Shown: positions 28,997 to 39,846, counted from the first letter of the stretch. The stretch: DNA of 64,000 bases from Desulfotignum sp. (GCA_011390615.1 JAABSB010000001.1:8636-72635); one strand, 5' to 3'. Numbers and translations are program-made. The notes: generated by a model from the sequence alone, not told the origin.

Positions 28997-30064
28997 TCAT
29001 GGCAGCGGCGTTGCTGTATAGGCAACCCCTGCCTCTTCAGATCCATACAAAGCCAGTTTTCGGCCTGCGGCAATATCTGATACCAGGTCTGGATTCAAAA
29101 GCATGGATTTCCCGGACAGTACCAGATCTGCATCCTGCAATGCCTGTTCTGCTGTTTTTTTGTCAAAAATTTTTCCACAGATAAGCAGGGGCAGGTCTGT
29201 GGCATCCCGGGTGATGCCTGCCATGGTTTTGTCAGTACCGAACGCGGGCTGGGAAAAATCATAGGTGGAGACGGAAATCGCATCAATGGGCTCCTGGGAA
29301 AAAAGTTGGATCATTTTCTGCCATTCTGCAGCATCGGAAAACAAAGAAACTTCCATATCAGCAATACCCCAGTTGGAAACCCGCACCAGCAGAAGCCGGT
29401 CGTCAGGAATATGCGGCCGTACCGCCTGGATCACCTCATGGACAAAACGGTACCGGTTTTCCATGGACCCGCCGTAGGCATCAGTTCTCCGGTTGGCGTA
29501 GGTAGACAGAAACTGGCTGAGCAGATACCCGTGGGCACAATGCAGTTCCAGGCCGTCAAACCCGGCTGCAATAACCCCTTTTGTGGTTTCCACAAACCCA
29601 TTGATCACATGGTTCATATCAAAACGGCTCATCTGCTCCGGCACAGGATATGGTGCACCGGTCATGGGATTTTCCTGCATAGGCGCCACCGGACTGGGGG
29701 CAATTACCCGGTTGGCAGGATTGATCCCGTCATAGGCCATGCGGCCGCAATGAAATACCTGGCATAAAGATACAGCGCCGTTCCTGCGGATCTCATCTGT
29801 CACATTTTTCCAGGCATCCACCTGGTTCTGGTTCAATATCCTGGCCTGGCCCGGATAACCCTGGGCACTTTCATAATCGGTCACAATGGCTTCGGTGTAG
29901 ACCATACCGGCGCCGTTCTTTGCCCGGGTGATTAAAAACTGCAGCACATCCTCTCTGGGGATACTGTCTCCGGATGCCGACATCCGGGTCATGGGTGCCA
30001 CACCGATGCGGTTCCTGCAGGTAATCTCTTTGATGGTAAATGGTGAAAACAGCAAAGATGTCAT
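28997..30064 (-). CDS. NADH:flavin oxidoreductase (old yellow enzyme family)
   Basis: NRIGVAPMTR, HCGR, AGFDGLELHCAHGYLLSQFLS, NRRTDAYGGS.ENR. Confidence 0.93.
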   Translation of the reverse strand: MTSLLFSPFTIKEITCRNRIGVAPMTRMSASGDSIPREDVLQFLITRAKNGAGMVYTEAIVTDYESAQGYPGQARILNQNQVDAWKNVTDEIRRNGAVSLCQVFHCGRMAYDGINPANRVIAPSPVAPMQENPMTGAPYPVPEQMSRFDMNHVINGFVETTKGVIAAGFDGLELHCAHGYLLSQFLSTYANRRTDAYGGSMENRYRFVHEVIQAVRPHIPDDRLLLVRVSNWGIADMEVSLFSDAAEWQKMIQLFSQEPIDAISVSTYDFSQPAFGTDKTMAGITRDATDLPLLICGKIFDKKTAEQALQDADLVLSGKSMLLNPDLVSDIAAGRKLALYGSEEAGVAYTATPLP

Positions 30065-30110
30065 TTTGATCTCCCTGGTTAAAGGTGGGAACCAACGTGC
30101 TTGTGATAAT

Positions 30111-30584
30111 CTAAGCCTGATTTCTGGTCATGTCAATGTGAGCAATCCCATCTTCCAGATAAGGGGCGGAGACCGGCACAAATCCGTGGCAACGGTAAAA
30201 ATCGACCAGATAGGTCTGGGCACCGATGGTGATATCCCTGCCCGGCCATACCCGGCCGGCTTCATCCAGGATCTTTTTCACCAGTGCATGTCCCAGTCCG
30301 GTTTTCCGGTACAGGGGAGTCACCACCACCCGGCCGAAACTGATGTTGGAAAACCGGGCACCCGGCGCCAGTATCCTGGCATAGGCAGCCAGGCTGCCGT
30401 CCTGTGCCCGGCCCGTGAGATGCAGGGTATCTGCCAGCAGATCTTTGCCATCCAGTTCCGGATATGCACAGGCCTGTTCCACCACAAACACATCCACCCG
30501 GAGTTTGAGCAGTTCATACAGCTGGTTTGCATCCAGCGCATTAAAACGGGTTACCTGCCATGCAATCGTGTTGTCATCTGTCAT
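30111..30584 (-). CDS. elaA: GNAT acetyltransferase, ElaA-like
   Basis: LYELLKLRVDVFVVEQAC.YPELDG.D, GRVV, AQTYL..FY, EDGIAHIDM. Confidence 0.88.
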   Translation of the reverse strand: MTDDNTIAWQVTRFNALDANQLYELLKLRVDVFVVEQACAYPELDGKDLLADTLHLTGRAQDGSLAAYARILAPGARFSNISFGRVVVTPLYRKTGLGHALVKKILDEAGRVWPGRDITIGAQTYLVDFYRCHGFVPVSAPYLEDGIAHIDMTRNQA

Positions 30585-30947
30585 AGTTTCATGCCCTTTT
30601 GCTATTCTTTCTTTGATACCCCATCATCTCGACAAGTGCAAGACCTGAGACCGGCAGATCCAGGGCAATCGCATGGAGATGCGGCATCGCCGATATTGAC
30701 ATAGCCCCCTGCGGGTAGCGGATGGAGCTGGGCCGAAGAGTTTTATACAACGGCAGCTTTGGATACGATTTTACACGTATGGCAAATATTCAGCACAGAT
30801 GAAAATGATTGACATTCGATGAAATGCCTGACAATTATGGTCTGAGAAAATAGTTATTCGATTGGCTGCCCGTCGGACAGGGCGTTTTGCTGGATCCATG
30901 CCCCCATGCCGGATGTGTCGGTCTGTATGTTAAAGGAGGGCCACCCC

Positions 30948-31988
30948 TTGAAATTTTATGAAAAAGACCGTATGCAGTCTTTGCCTGTAAGGGATGCTGT
31001 GGGGAAAATGCTGCTCCATGACATCACCCGGATCGTTCCGGATGTGTTTAAAGGACCGGCCTTCAGAAAAGGCCATATCATTACAGAAGGGGATGTGGAC
31101 CAGCTGCTGGATCTGGGCAAGCAGCATGTATATGTGGCCTGCCTCAACGGTGAAATCCATGAGAACGATGCCGCCCTGCGCATTGCCCGGGCCGCTGCTG
31201 GGAAAAATATTGCTCTTTCCGATCCCAAAGAGGGCAAGGTGGGGTTTAGCGCCAGAACCTTTGGCCTGCTGAAAATCCATGTGGAAGGTCTGGCACAGCT
31301 TAACAGCATACCGGAAGTGATCTGTGCGACCATGCACACCAACCAGACCGTGGACCCGGGACAGGATCTGGCCGGTACCCGGGTAATCCCCTTGTCCATT
31401 GATGAAAATCATATCATGGCCGCCGAAAATGTGTGTGAAACATTTTTTCCCATCATTGAGATCAAACCCTTTGTCCGGATGGATGTGGGGCTGGTGGTCA
31501 CCGGATCGGAAGTGTTTTCCGGCCGAATCAGGGACGGGTTCGGCCCTGTTGTCCAGAAAAAATTTGAAGCCCTGGGCTCCCGGATAATGGACAAAAAAAT
31601 TGTGTCCGATGACATGGACATGACCGTGGCAGCCATCAAAGATTTTTTGGACAGCGGGGCAAAGTTTATCGCTGTCACCGGGGGCATGTCTGTGGATCCT
31701 GATGACCTGACCCCGGCCGCCATCAAAAAAGCCGGCGGTGAGGTGGTGTTTTACGGGGCACCGGTTCTGCCCGGCGCCATGTTTCTGCTGGCTTATATTA
31801 AAGATGTGCCGGTGATCGGCCTGCCCGGATGTGTCATGTATTACCGGGCCTCTATTTTCGATCTGGTGGTACCCCGGCTGCTGGCCGGAGAAACCGTCAC
31901 CCACAAGGATATCATCCATATGGGGCACGGGGGATTCTGCACCGCCTGCAAAACCTGCCGGTATCCGCAATGCAGTTTTGGAAAATAA
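30948..31988 (+). CDS. molybdopterin-binding protein (MoeA/MogA-like domain) with C-terminal Cys cluster
   Basis: AAGGAGG RBS then TTG start. HDIT, TGSEV, TGGMSVDPDD.TP, PVLPG, GLPGC, GGFCTACKTCRYPQCSFGK. Confidence 0.85.
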   Translation: MKFYEKDRMQSLPVRDAVGKMLLHDITRIVPDVFKGPAFRKGHIITEGDVDQLLDLGKQHVYVACLNGEIHENDAALRIARAAAGKNIALSDPKEGKVGFSARTFGLLKIHVEGLAQLNSIPEVICATMHTNQTVDPGQDLAGTRVIPLSIDENHIMAAENVCETFFPIIEIKPFVRMDVGLVVTGSEVFSGRIRDGFGPVVQKKFEALGSRIMDKKIVSDDMDMTVAAIKDFLDSGAKFIAVTGGMSVDPDDLTPAAIKKAGGEVVFYGAPVLPGAMFLLAYIKDVPVIGLPGCVMYYRASIFDLVVPRLLAGETVTHKDIIHMGHGGFCTACKTCRYPQCSFGK

Positions 31989-31991
31989 AAC

Positions 31992-33035
31992 ATGGAACTT
32001 TCAAACCAGGATATACTGGACTGCCTGAAAAAAGGCGACCCCTTTGCCCTGGCAGCCATCATCAGCCATAAAGGCTCCACCCCCAGGACATCCGGATCCC
32101 GCATGATCGTTCTGCCGGACCGCACCATCTTGGGCACCATCGGCGGGGGGCTGGTGGAAGCCCGGGTCATGGACACCTGCCTGGATCTTATTCCCAAAAA
32201 AAACTGCCGTATCCAGTCCTTCACCCTGAACCAGGACCTGAAAGAGGGCCTGGACATGGTCTGCGGCGGCAGCCTCACCGTACTCATGGAAACCCTTGTG
32301 CCTGGACCGGAACTGATTGCCGTATATCAGGCCCTGGTGGAACTGGAACAATCAGGCAAAAAAGGGGTGCTGGTTTCGAAAATTTTGGGCACCAGCCAGG
32401 GAGATTTCACTGTGCAGAAAAGTCTGGTGACATCTGATACCACCATGACAGGGCCTTGTGTCATTCCCAAACCCCTGCTGGATGAGATCTGTGACAACCA
32501 GTTTTACGGCAGTTTTCCCATCATCCATTCTGCGGGCCTGGAAGAATTCATTCTCCAGCCCATGGTTTTGGCTGACACCATCGTCATTTTCGGTGCCGGA
32601 CATGTGGGGTTCCAACTCGCACAAATGGCCCATCTCACCGGATTTTCCACGGTGGTAATTGATGACCGGGAGGAATTTGCCAACCAGAAGCGCTTTCCCC
32701 ATGCCCGGTCGGTCCGGGTGGTAACGGATTTTACCGCAGCCTTTGACAGCGTGACCATTGATGACCATTCCTATATCGTCATTCTCACCCGGGGCCACCT
32801 CCATGACCAGACGGTTCTGGAAGGGGCCCTGCAAACCCATCCCGCCTATATCGGCATGATCGGCTCCCGGACCAAGCGGGACAGGATCTATACCAATCTC
32901 CTGGAAAAAGGGATTTCCCAAAATGCTCTGAATGCGGTCTATTCACCCGTGGGCCTTTCCATTGGCGCCCAGACCCCGGCGGAAATCAGCGTCAGCATCA
33001 TGGCCCAGATCATCCAGATCAGGGCTAAAGCATAA
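31992..33035 (+). CDS. XdhC family molybdoenzyme maturation factor
   Basis: GSTPR..G, GTIGGG..E, CGG, FGAGHVG, DDR, TRGH..D, YIGMIGS, TPAEI. Confidence 0.92.
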   Translation: MELSNQDILDCLKKGDPFALAAIISHKGSTPRTSGSRMIVLPDRTILGTIGGGLVEARVMDTCLDLIPKKNCRIQSFTLNQDLKEGLDMVCGGSLTVLMETLVPGPELIAVYQALVELEQSGKKGVLVSKILGTSQGDFTVQKSLVTSDTTMTGPCVIPKPLLDEICDNQFYGSFPIIHSAGLEEFILQPMVLADTIVIFGAGHVGFQLAQMAHLTGFSTVVIDDREEFANQKRFPHARSVRVVTDFTAAFDSVTIDDHSYIVILTRGHLHDQTVLEGALQTHPAYIGMIGSRTKRDRIYTNLLEKGISQNALNAVYSPVGLSIGAQTPAEISVSIMAQIIQIRAKA

Positions 33036-33167
33036 CCGTTATCCTGCAAATTATGCAAAAAAAGGTGTTTTATTATCACACTTCATGATATTGATTGCTA
33101 TTTTTGATTTTCAGAAAAAACACATACATTTCTGAAAAGCTTCAATATCATAAAACATACTTCGGGG

Positions 33168-35228
33168 GTGTTTCAGATGGTTAAAAGAATCAAAAATGTT
33201 AAATTTACCACCAAACTGTTTCTTGCCATGATTTTGGTTGTGGTTGTTTCCATTCTTATCACCTCGGGCAACGCAGTACGCATGTCAAAACAGGGATTGT
33301 ATACCTTGGGAGAAGGCGCAATAAAAGATATTCACCAAAGCCTGTACAATTCTCTGGCTGCAATCGACCAGAACATAAGGAAAAAACTGGACGGTGATCT
33401 ATTGCTGCTTGAAAGGCAGATCGCCGCCAACGGCAAATTGTTTCTGGATGATTTCAGAATGACAGAAACAACCATGGTCCACCAGATTACAGGAGAAACA
33501 AGCACCAGAAAAATCCCCAAACTCCAGGCGGGATTGCTCTATCTCAATGATGACAATTCCATCGTTGACCAAATTATGGAAATAACGGATGCCACTGCCA
33601 CCATATTTCAGCTGGTCGACGACAAACTGCTGCGCATATCCACCAATGTACGAAAAACCGATGGCGAACGCGCCATCGGCACCTATATCCCCTCCACCAG
33701 CCCTGTATACCAGACCATTATGAATGGACATGTATACAGGGGAAAAGCGTTTGTGGTCAATGACTGGTACCTGACAGCCTACAAACCCCTCCAAAATTCC
33801 GAAGGCCAAATCATTGGTGCGGTTTATGTGGGCCAGTTAATGCTTTCAGACCAGGTCCGCACACTTGTTTCAGAAACAAAAATCGGGCCGGGATACTTTT
33901 TTCTTTATACAGATGAAGGCTCTCTGGTGATCCATCCCACCTTGTCCCCGTCTGACAATGTTTTTGAAATCGTACCGGAATTCAAAGATCCTGACGGTAT
34001 GATCGCATACCAATTTAAAGGAGAGGACAAAATCGCCCGGAAAAAGCATATTGATGAATGGGGGGTCACGCTGGCGGTAGGGATGAACAAAAAGGACATC
34101 GTTGCCGGGCTTGATGTGCAGATGCTGCGCAACAATCTTCTGGTCGGATTACTTGTGATCCTGGCAGGCGTTATAGTCACTGTTTTTCTGGTCCGTTCAA
34201 TCAACCGACCTCTGAAAGAGCTTGCAGACAAAGCCATCAAAGTGGGTGAAGGCGATTACACCATCACCTTTTCTTCAGATATTGATGATGCCATCGGAAA
34301 GCTCACCAGCTCTTTGGGAATAATGGTCAACAAGGGCAAACAGATGCTGGAAGACATCATCAGATCCTCAGAATCTCTTTCCGCTGCATCAACTCAGCTT
34401 GCCGCCATATCAGACCAGATGGTCAGCAATGCTGAAACCACCACCGGCATCGCCAATGATGCCGCCGGCAATGCCGGGGAGGTATCGGACAACATGGTTT
34501 CGGTTTCTGCGGCCATGGAGGAATCGACCGTCAACCTGGATACCATTGCATCCGCTTCTGAAGAGATGGGAGCAACCATTAAGGAAATTGCGGAAAACAG
34601 TGCCAGGGCACGTCAAACAACCCAAAGCGCAGTGACCATTGCCAATCGTTCCCATGAAAGCATTATGGAATTAGGAAATGCAGCAAAAGCGATAGGTTCC
34701 ATCACCGAAACCATTACCAATATTTCCGAACAGACCCACCTGCTGGCACTGAATGCAACCATTGAAGCAGCCCGTGCAGGAGAAGCCGGCAAAGGATTTG
34801 TGGTTGTTGCCAATGAAATCAAGGACCTGGCCCAGGGGACTGCCCAGGCCACCAGCAAGATCAAGGAAGCAATCGACGGTATTCAGTCAAAAACCACCAT
34901 TACCGTAAAAGAGATCAATGAAATAAGTCAGATCATCGGGGATGTAAATGAAATAGTCAATGGCATCGTCACTGCTGTTGAGGAGCAGTCCATCACCACC
35001 AATGAAATCGTCAACAATGTCACCCAGGCTTCCCAGGGTATTTCTGAAATTAATAACAATGTTGCAAACAGCAATCAGATGACTTCAAAAATGAGCCAGG
35101 ATGTTGGTCAGGTCAAAGAAAGATCTCTGGAGGTCAAAGATAGCAGCGAACATGTCAGAAAATCGGCTGAAGAACTCTCCCAGCTTGCAGAACGTCTTAC
35201 CCAGCTGGTTAAAAAATATAAAATATAA
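33168..35228 (+). CDS. methyl-accepting chemotaxis protein (Cache_3/Cache_2-type sensor)
   Basis: ATIFQ, RISTN...[41 protein letters not shown]. Confidence 0.94.
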   Translation: MFQMVKRIKNVKFTTKLFLAMILVVVVSILITSGNAVRMSKQGLYTLGEGAIKDIHQSLYNSLAAIDQNIRKKLDGDLLLLERQIAANGKLFLDDFRMTETTMVHQITGETSTRKIPKLQAGLLYLNDDNSIVDQIMEITDATATIFQLVDDKLLRISTNVRKTDGERAIGTYIPSTSPVYQTIMNGHVYRGKAFVVNDWYLTAYKPLQNSEGQIIGAVYVGQLMLSDQVRTLVSETKIGPGYFFLYTDEGSLVIHPTLSPSDNVFEIVPEFKDPDGMIAYQFKGEDKIARKKHIDEWGVTLAVGMNKKDIVAGLDVQMLRNNLLVGLLVILAGVIVTVFLVRSINRPLKELADKAIKVGEGDYTITFSSDIDDAIGKLTSSLGIMVNKGKQMLEDIIRSSESLSAASTQLAAISDQMVSNAETTTGIANDAAGNAGEVSDNMVSVSAAMEESTVNLDTIASASEEMGATIKEIAENSARARQTTQSAVTIANRSHESIMELGNAAKAIGSITETITNISEQTHLLALNATIEAARAGEAGKGFVVVANEIKDLAQGTAQATSKIKEAIDGIQSKTTITVKEINEISQIIGDVNEIVNGIVTAVEEQSITTNEIVNNVTQASQGISEINNNVANSNQMTSKMSQDVGQVKERSLEVKDSSEHVRKSAEELSQLAERLTQLVKKYKI

Positions 35229-35285
35229 AACACCCGGACGTCTGAACAATCAGGTGTGATTCCATGAATCTGGCAGATTGTTCAC

Positions 35286-35338
35286 TTGACATGACCAACA
35301 CATGTATTTATCATATGAACAATTATTCATATGATAAA
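35286..35338 (+). promoter_or_regulatory. sigma70 promoter overlapped by a SmtB/ArsR-type operator
   Basis: TTGACA(35286)-17 nt-TATCAT(35309). Inverted repeat TTTATCATATGAA-CAATTA-TTCATATGATAAA at 35307-35338 with core TGAACAATTATTCA. Confidence 0.82.
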
Positions 35339-35369
35339 CCCCTACACATGTACCAGGCAATTTCAAGTT

Positions 35370-36473
35370 ATGGAAAAAACAGTAGATATTGTATATGACA
35401 TTCTTGCCGCATCCTGGGACCTTTACCTGGATGTGGCCATCTTTATGCTGTTCGGCTTTTTCATTGCCGGACTTCTGTATGTGTTTTTCAAGGCTGACCA
35501 GATTAAGCGCCATCTGGGCACCGGAAAAATCAGGCCGGTATTTTTGTCCGCCCTTTTCGGCATTCCCCTGCCCCTGTGTTCCTGCGGGGTGGTGCCTGTG
35601 GCTGCCAGCCTGAAAAAACAGGGGGCCAACAGCGGGGCGGCCCTGTCTTTCATGATCGCCACCCCGGAATCCGGTGTGGATTCCATAGCGGTTTCCTGGG
35701 CCATGCTGGACCCGGTCATGACCGTTCTCCGCCCGGTGGCAGGGTTTATCACAGCAGTTTCCACAGGGATTGCGCAAAATTTTTTCGGCAGTGAAACCCC
35801 TGACAAAACAAAGACAGATCTGATAAAAGAACCCGGCGGGTGAGGCTGTGCTGCCGAAACCTGTGCAGTTGCACAGGAACCATTCAAAACACCGCTTTTG
35901 CCGCGGTTGAAAAAAGGACTGACATACGCATTCGGGGAGCTGCTCTCCGACATTGCCCGGCCCTTTGTCATCGGCATGCTCATTGCCGGCGGCATCACCT
36001 TTTTTTTCCCGGAAGATCTGACGGCCTGGGCCAATGAACACACATTTTTATCCATGCTGGTCATGCTGGGTGCCGGCATTCCCATGTATGTATGCGCCAC
36101 CTCCTCCACCCCCATTGCGGCCGCCCTCATCCTCAAGGGACTCAATCCCGGAGCGGCCCTGGTGTTTCTGCTGGCAGGTCCGGCCACCAATGCCGCCACC
36201 ATCAATATTGTAAAAAACATTTTCAACACCCGGGCACTGGTAATCTATCTGTCCATGATTGCTGTCTGCTCTCTGGCCATGGGATTTTTTGTAGACTGGA
36301 TATATGCATTCATGCACCTTTCACCCACGGTTATGGTGGGCCAGGCATCCGAGGTCATTCCCCATGTCCTTCAACTGACAGGCGCAGTGGTTCTGACAAT
36401 CCTGCTGGGGATCAACGGTATAGTGGGCTTCAGACGGATGATCCAGACCCACGCGCAGGTCCACGCCCATTAA
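35370..36473 (+). CDS. DUF318/SO_0444-type heavy-metal permease, probable selenoprotein (TGA at 35841-35843 read as Sec158)
   Basis: ORF-track pieces 35331-35843 and 35898-36473 are in the same frame with a single TGA between them. Both halves are intact (PLCSCGVVP, ATPESGVDS, MYVCATSSTP, LLAGPATN). Linker reads PGG-U-GCAAETC. Confidence 0.8.
35841..35877 (+). promoter_or_regulatory. putative bacterial SECIS element
   Basis: Hairpin CCTGTGC-AGTT-GCACAGG at 35860-35877. The apical loop starts 23 nt after the TGA and has G at its second position. Confidence 0.65.
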
Positions 36474-36556
36474 AAAATTTTGCATGCATGTGAACCACCC
36501 GTCAAAAATCTTGGCAGTAACCCCGGGATTGACGTAGCCGGATAAATCGGCATACT

Positions 36557-36596
36557 ATAGGGCAGCGCTTCTTAATGATGGCGCTGGCCTATTTTT
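36557..36596 (+). terminator. probable intrinsic terminator downstream of the permease
   Basis: ATAGGgCAGCGC...GCGCTGgCCTAT (11/12 paired) followed by a T run. Confidence 0.5.
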
Positions 36597-36632
36597 ATTG
36601 ACATATTGCAACCGTATTTTCGGGGAGGATTT

Positions 36633-37322
36633 TTGGACATTCATATGTCGGACATTGATAAATCCTTTGATGACAGTGGCAGCCGCCGGGTTATATTCCG
36701 CAGGGCATCGGCCCGGTTTCCCTCCGGCAGAACAAGCGTCATTGTGGGGAAAAGCGGGGTGGGGAAAAGTTCTCTTTTGAACCTCATCTCCGGTATCGAC
36801 CTGCCGGACAAAGGATTCATTCAGGTGGGGGACCACTGTATTTCCACCATGAACGATACCGCCAGGACCCTGTTCAGAAGGCGGCATATCGGGTTCATCT
36901 ACCAGTTTTTCAACCTGATTCCCGTGCTGACAGTGCTGGAAAATGTCACCCTGATTGCAGAACTGGACAAGGTGCCCCAAAAAATCTGCCGCCGCCGGGC
37001 CGAAGCCCTTCTGGATCAGGCCGGGCTCCGGGACCGGCGCCATGATTTTCCCGAGACCCTGTCCGGCGGGGAACAGCAGCGGGTGGCCATTGTCCGGGCA
37101 CTGGTGAATGAGCCGGATCTGGTGCTGGCTGACGAACCCACAGGCAACCTGGACCAGGAAACCGGCGCAAAGATCATGGAGATGATATCCGGACTGGCCC
37201 GCAAAAAAAACAAAACCCTGGTCATGGTGACCCACAGCCCGGATGCCGCAGCCTGGGCAGACCAGATCTTTTCCGTGGGCAGCGGGATCCTGACCCCCAT
37301 GGACCCTGCCACCCATGGGTAA
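36633..37322 (+). CDS. ABC transporter ATP-binding protein (LolD/MacB-like)
   Basis: GKSGVGKS, LSGGEQQR, LADEPTGNLD, VTH. GGAGG RBS before a TTG start. Confidence 0.93.
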   Translation: MDIHMSDIDKSFDDSGSRRVIFRRASARFPSGRTSVIVGKSGVGKSSLLNLISGIDLPDKGFIQVGDHCISTMNDTARTLFRRRHIGFIYQFFNLIPVLTVLENVTLIAELDKVPQKICRRRAEALLDQAGLRDRRHDFPETLSGGEQQRVAIVRALVNEPDLVLADEPTGNLDQETGAKIMEMISGLARKKNKTLVMVTHSPDAAAWADQIFSVGSGILTPMDPATHG

Positions 37323-39843
37323 TTACCCCCTGATTCTGGTCTGCCTGCGCCACAGCCGCCGGCACCTGGTACGGACCCTGCTTCTGATTTTCGGCATTGC
37401 CATGGGGGTGGCCGGGGTGGTGGCCATTGACATTGCAAAAACATCGGTGGAAAAATCCTTTGAACTGTCCACCCGGGAACTGGTTTCCCGATCCACCCAC
37501 CAGATTACGGGCACCGGTCTTACGATTCCCCAGGATCTGTTTACCGATATAAGAAAAGATCTGGGCATCCACCGATCTGCTCCTGTGATATCCCGGCATG
37601 TAAAAGTGTCTCAACTTGGAGACCGGATCCTCACCCTCATGGGGGTGGATCCGTTTTCTGAAACCCATTTCAGGAATCTGCATATTTCGCCGGGAAAACA
37701 GGACCTGTCCGGTATCATGACCGGGTCCGACGGTGTGCTCATCTCCCGGAGCCTTGCACGGCAATACAATCTGGATATCGGCAGCCCCCTGGACATCTTC
37801 TTGGGCAGCCGCAGGACACCCGTAACTATTGCCGGATTTCTGGACAGTGAAAACAGTTCCGCCGGCCGGATGCTGGAGGGACTTGTAATCACCGATATCT
37901 CCCTGGCCCAGGTGATCCTTGAAATGGGGGACCATATCACCCGCATCGATCTGATCCTGGATGGGGATGGCCCAGCAGAAAAGATCCAGGACCTTATCGG
38001 AGAAGACCTGTTCCTGGTTGAAACCGATCAGCAAAACCTTGCGGTGCGCGGGCTGTCCCAATCCTTTGAAACCAGTCTGACCGCCTTTTCCATGCTGGCC
38101 CTGTTCATGGGCATATTTCTCATCTACAACACCGTGTCTTTTTCAGTGACCCGGCGGCACAGGCTCCATGGCATTTTGCGGGCCATCGGTGCCACCCGGT
38201 CCAATATCTTTTTCACGGTGATGGCCGAGGTCATGGTGTATGCCTTGATCGGGTCTGTTTTCGGTGTCCTGCTGGGGATACTGCTGGGCAACGGGGCGGT
38301 TCAGGCGGTGGTTGCCACCGTATCAGAGATGTATTTCACCCTGACCGTCAGCCAGACCCATATTTCCGGATTCACCATTGCCAAGGGACTGCTGGCCGGC
38401 ATCCTTGCCGCTTTTGTATCCGGTTTTTTCCCGGCCCTTTCCGCTGCCGGGACCCGGCCTGTCAGCCTCATGCACCGCACTGTGTCTGAAAAGGGATTCA
38501 ACCGGGTGGTCCCGGGACTGTTCATCTGGGGTCTGCTTCTCCTAACGTCCGCCGGTCTGTTGATGCGCACCGCCCCCACCCATGCCGGATCTGATTTTAC
38601 CGGGCTGTTCATGATATTTTTCGGTGCAGCCCTGCTGACCCCGCTGCTCATCCGCATCCTCGTCAGAATATTTCTGGCTGCAGGCATGGGCGCATTGGGG
38701 ATGATGGTCAAAATGGCCCTGAGAAACATCATTCGGTCCCTGCGCCAGACCAGCGTGCTCATGGCATCGCTCATGGTGGTCACCTCGGTTTACATCGGCA
38801 TTGAGGTAATGACAGGCAGTTTCAGGCTCTCCATCATCCAGTGGGTGGATGACCATATCGGCGGCGATATCCATGTGTCATCCGCTGACCTGCTTGCCCG
38901 GTCCCTGGATCCGGACCTGGTGGACAAAATCCGTCACCTGCCCCAGGTAACCTCCCTGTCTGCATACAATATCCACCCGGTATTTTCCCGGGCTTCCGGA
39001 AAAGTGCACCTGTTTTCCTATCAATCGGACCAGTCGGTCAAGCGCTGGTCATGGACAGCGGCACCAAAAGAGGAACTGGACGCGCTGCTGGAAGAGGGAT
39101 GGATCTTTGTATCGGAGATATTTGCCCGGCAGCATAATGTGATGCCCCGGCAGGGAGCTGCTGCTGTTCTGGAAACCCAAAAAGGGCCGGTTAGCTTTAA
39201 AGTTGCCGGAATTTTCCGGGATTTTTTCATGGGAGGCGGCCGGGTGGTGGTATCTCCAGATACCATGGCCCGTTACTGGGGGCATGATGACATCACGGCC
39301 CTGCAGCTGTTCCTGGCATCCGGCACCCCGCCGGAACCGGTGATAAATACCATCCGGCAGATGCTTGACCCGAAAGACATGATAGAGATCAGATCCGGCA
39401 ACGCCATTAAACACAGCATCCTGGCGGTGTTTGACAACACCTTTATCATCACCTCCGCCCTCCAGGTGCTCACCGCCATTGTGGCCCTCACCGGTATTTT
39501 GAACGCGGTCACGGCCCTGCTCCTGGAGCGGACCAGAGAGATCGGTATCCTGCGGGCCTGCGGCACATTGACCAGCCAGGTCAGACAGCTGCTGCTCCAT
39601 GAATGTTTTTTCTACGGCCTGCTATCCGGGATCATGGCCATCCCTCTGGGAACGGCCCTGTCCTGGGTTTTGATCCATATCATTAACCAGCGTGCATTCG
39701 GATGGACCTATGACATGGTCCTCACCCCTGGCGTGTTTTTCCAGGCCATTGCCCTGTCATCAGCGGCAGCCCTTGCTGCCGGCATATTTCCGGCCCTGGC
39801 CGCCGGCAGAACCCATATTTCCACCGCCCTGCACATGGAGTGA
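37315..39843 (+). CDS. FtsX/MacB-like ABC permease (two-repeat)
   Basis: Two MacB-periplasmic plus FtsX modules. GIFLIYNT, GILRAIGA, ERTREIGILRACG. Confidence 0.92.
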   Translation: MGNYPLILVCLRHSRRHLVRTLLLIFGIAMGVAGVVAIDIAKTSVEKSFELSTRELVSRSTHQITGTGLTIPQDLFTDIRKDLGIHRSAPVISRHVKVSQLGDRILTLMGVDPFSETHFRNLHISPGKQDLSGIMTGSDGVLISRSLARQYNLDIGSPLDIFLGSRRTPVTIAGFLDSENSSAGRMLEGLVITDISLAQVILEMGDHITRIDLILDGDGPAEKIQDLIGEDLFLVETDQQNLAVRGLSQSFETSLTAFSMLALFMGIFLIYNTVSFSVTRRHRLHGILRAIGATRSNIFFTVMAEVMVYALIGSVFGVLLGILLGNGAVQAVVATVSEMYFTLTVSQTHISGFTIAKGLLAGILAAFVSGFFPALSAAGTRPVSLMHRTVSEKGFNRVVPGLFIWGLLLLTSAGLLMRTAPTHAGSDFTGLFMIFFGAALLTPLLIRILVRIFLAAGMGALGMMVKMALRNIIRSLRQTSVLMASLMVVTSVYIGIEVMTGSFRLSIIQWVDDHIGGDIHVSSADLLARSLDPDLVDKIRHLPQVTSLSAYNIHPVFSRASGKVHLFSYQSDQSVKRWSWTAAPKEELDALLEEGWIFVSEIFARQHNVMPRQGAAAVLETQKGPVSFKVAGIFRDFFMGGGRVVVSPDTMARYWGHDDITALQLFLASGTPPEPVINTIRQMLDPKDMIEIRSGNAIKHSILAVFDNTFIITSALQVLTAIVALTGILNAVTALLLERTREIGILRACGTLTSQVRQLLLHECFFYGLLSGIMAIPLGTALSWVLIHIINQRAFGWTYDMVLTPGVFFQAIALSSAAALAAGIFPALAAGRTHISTALHME

Positions 39844-39846
39844 TTT

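Noticed and set aside
30600-30940. Long intergenic region upstream of the molybdopterin genes, checked for a Moco/Wco riboswitch or small ORF
   Set aside because: No recognisable riboswitch consensus or credible ORF by eye. A covariance-model search would be needed to exclude it.
35840-36037. 65-aa ORF starting over the permease TGA, and the reading of the permease as a pseudogene or two genes
   Set aside because: It is in a different frame with no recognisable motifs. The permease frame is continuous apart from the TGA, and the second half has no convincing RBS.
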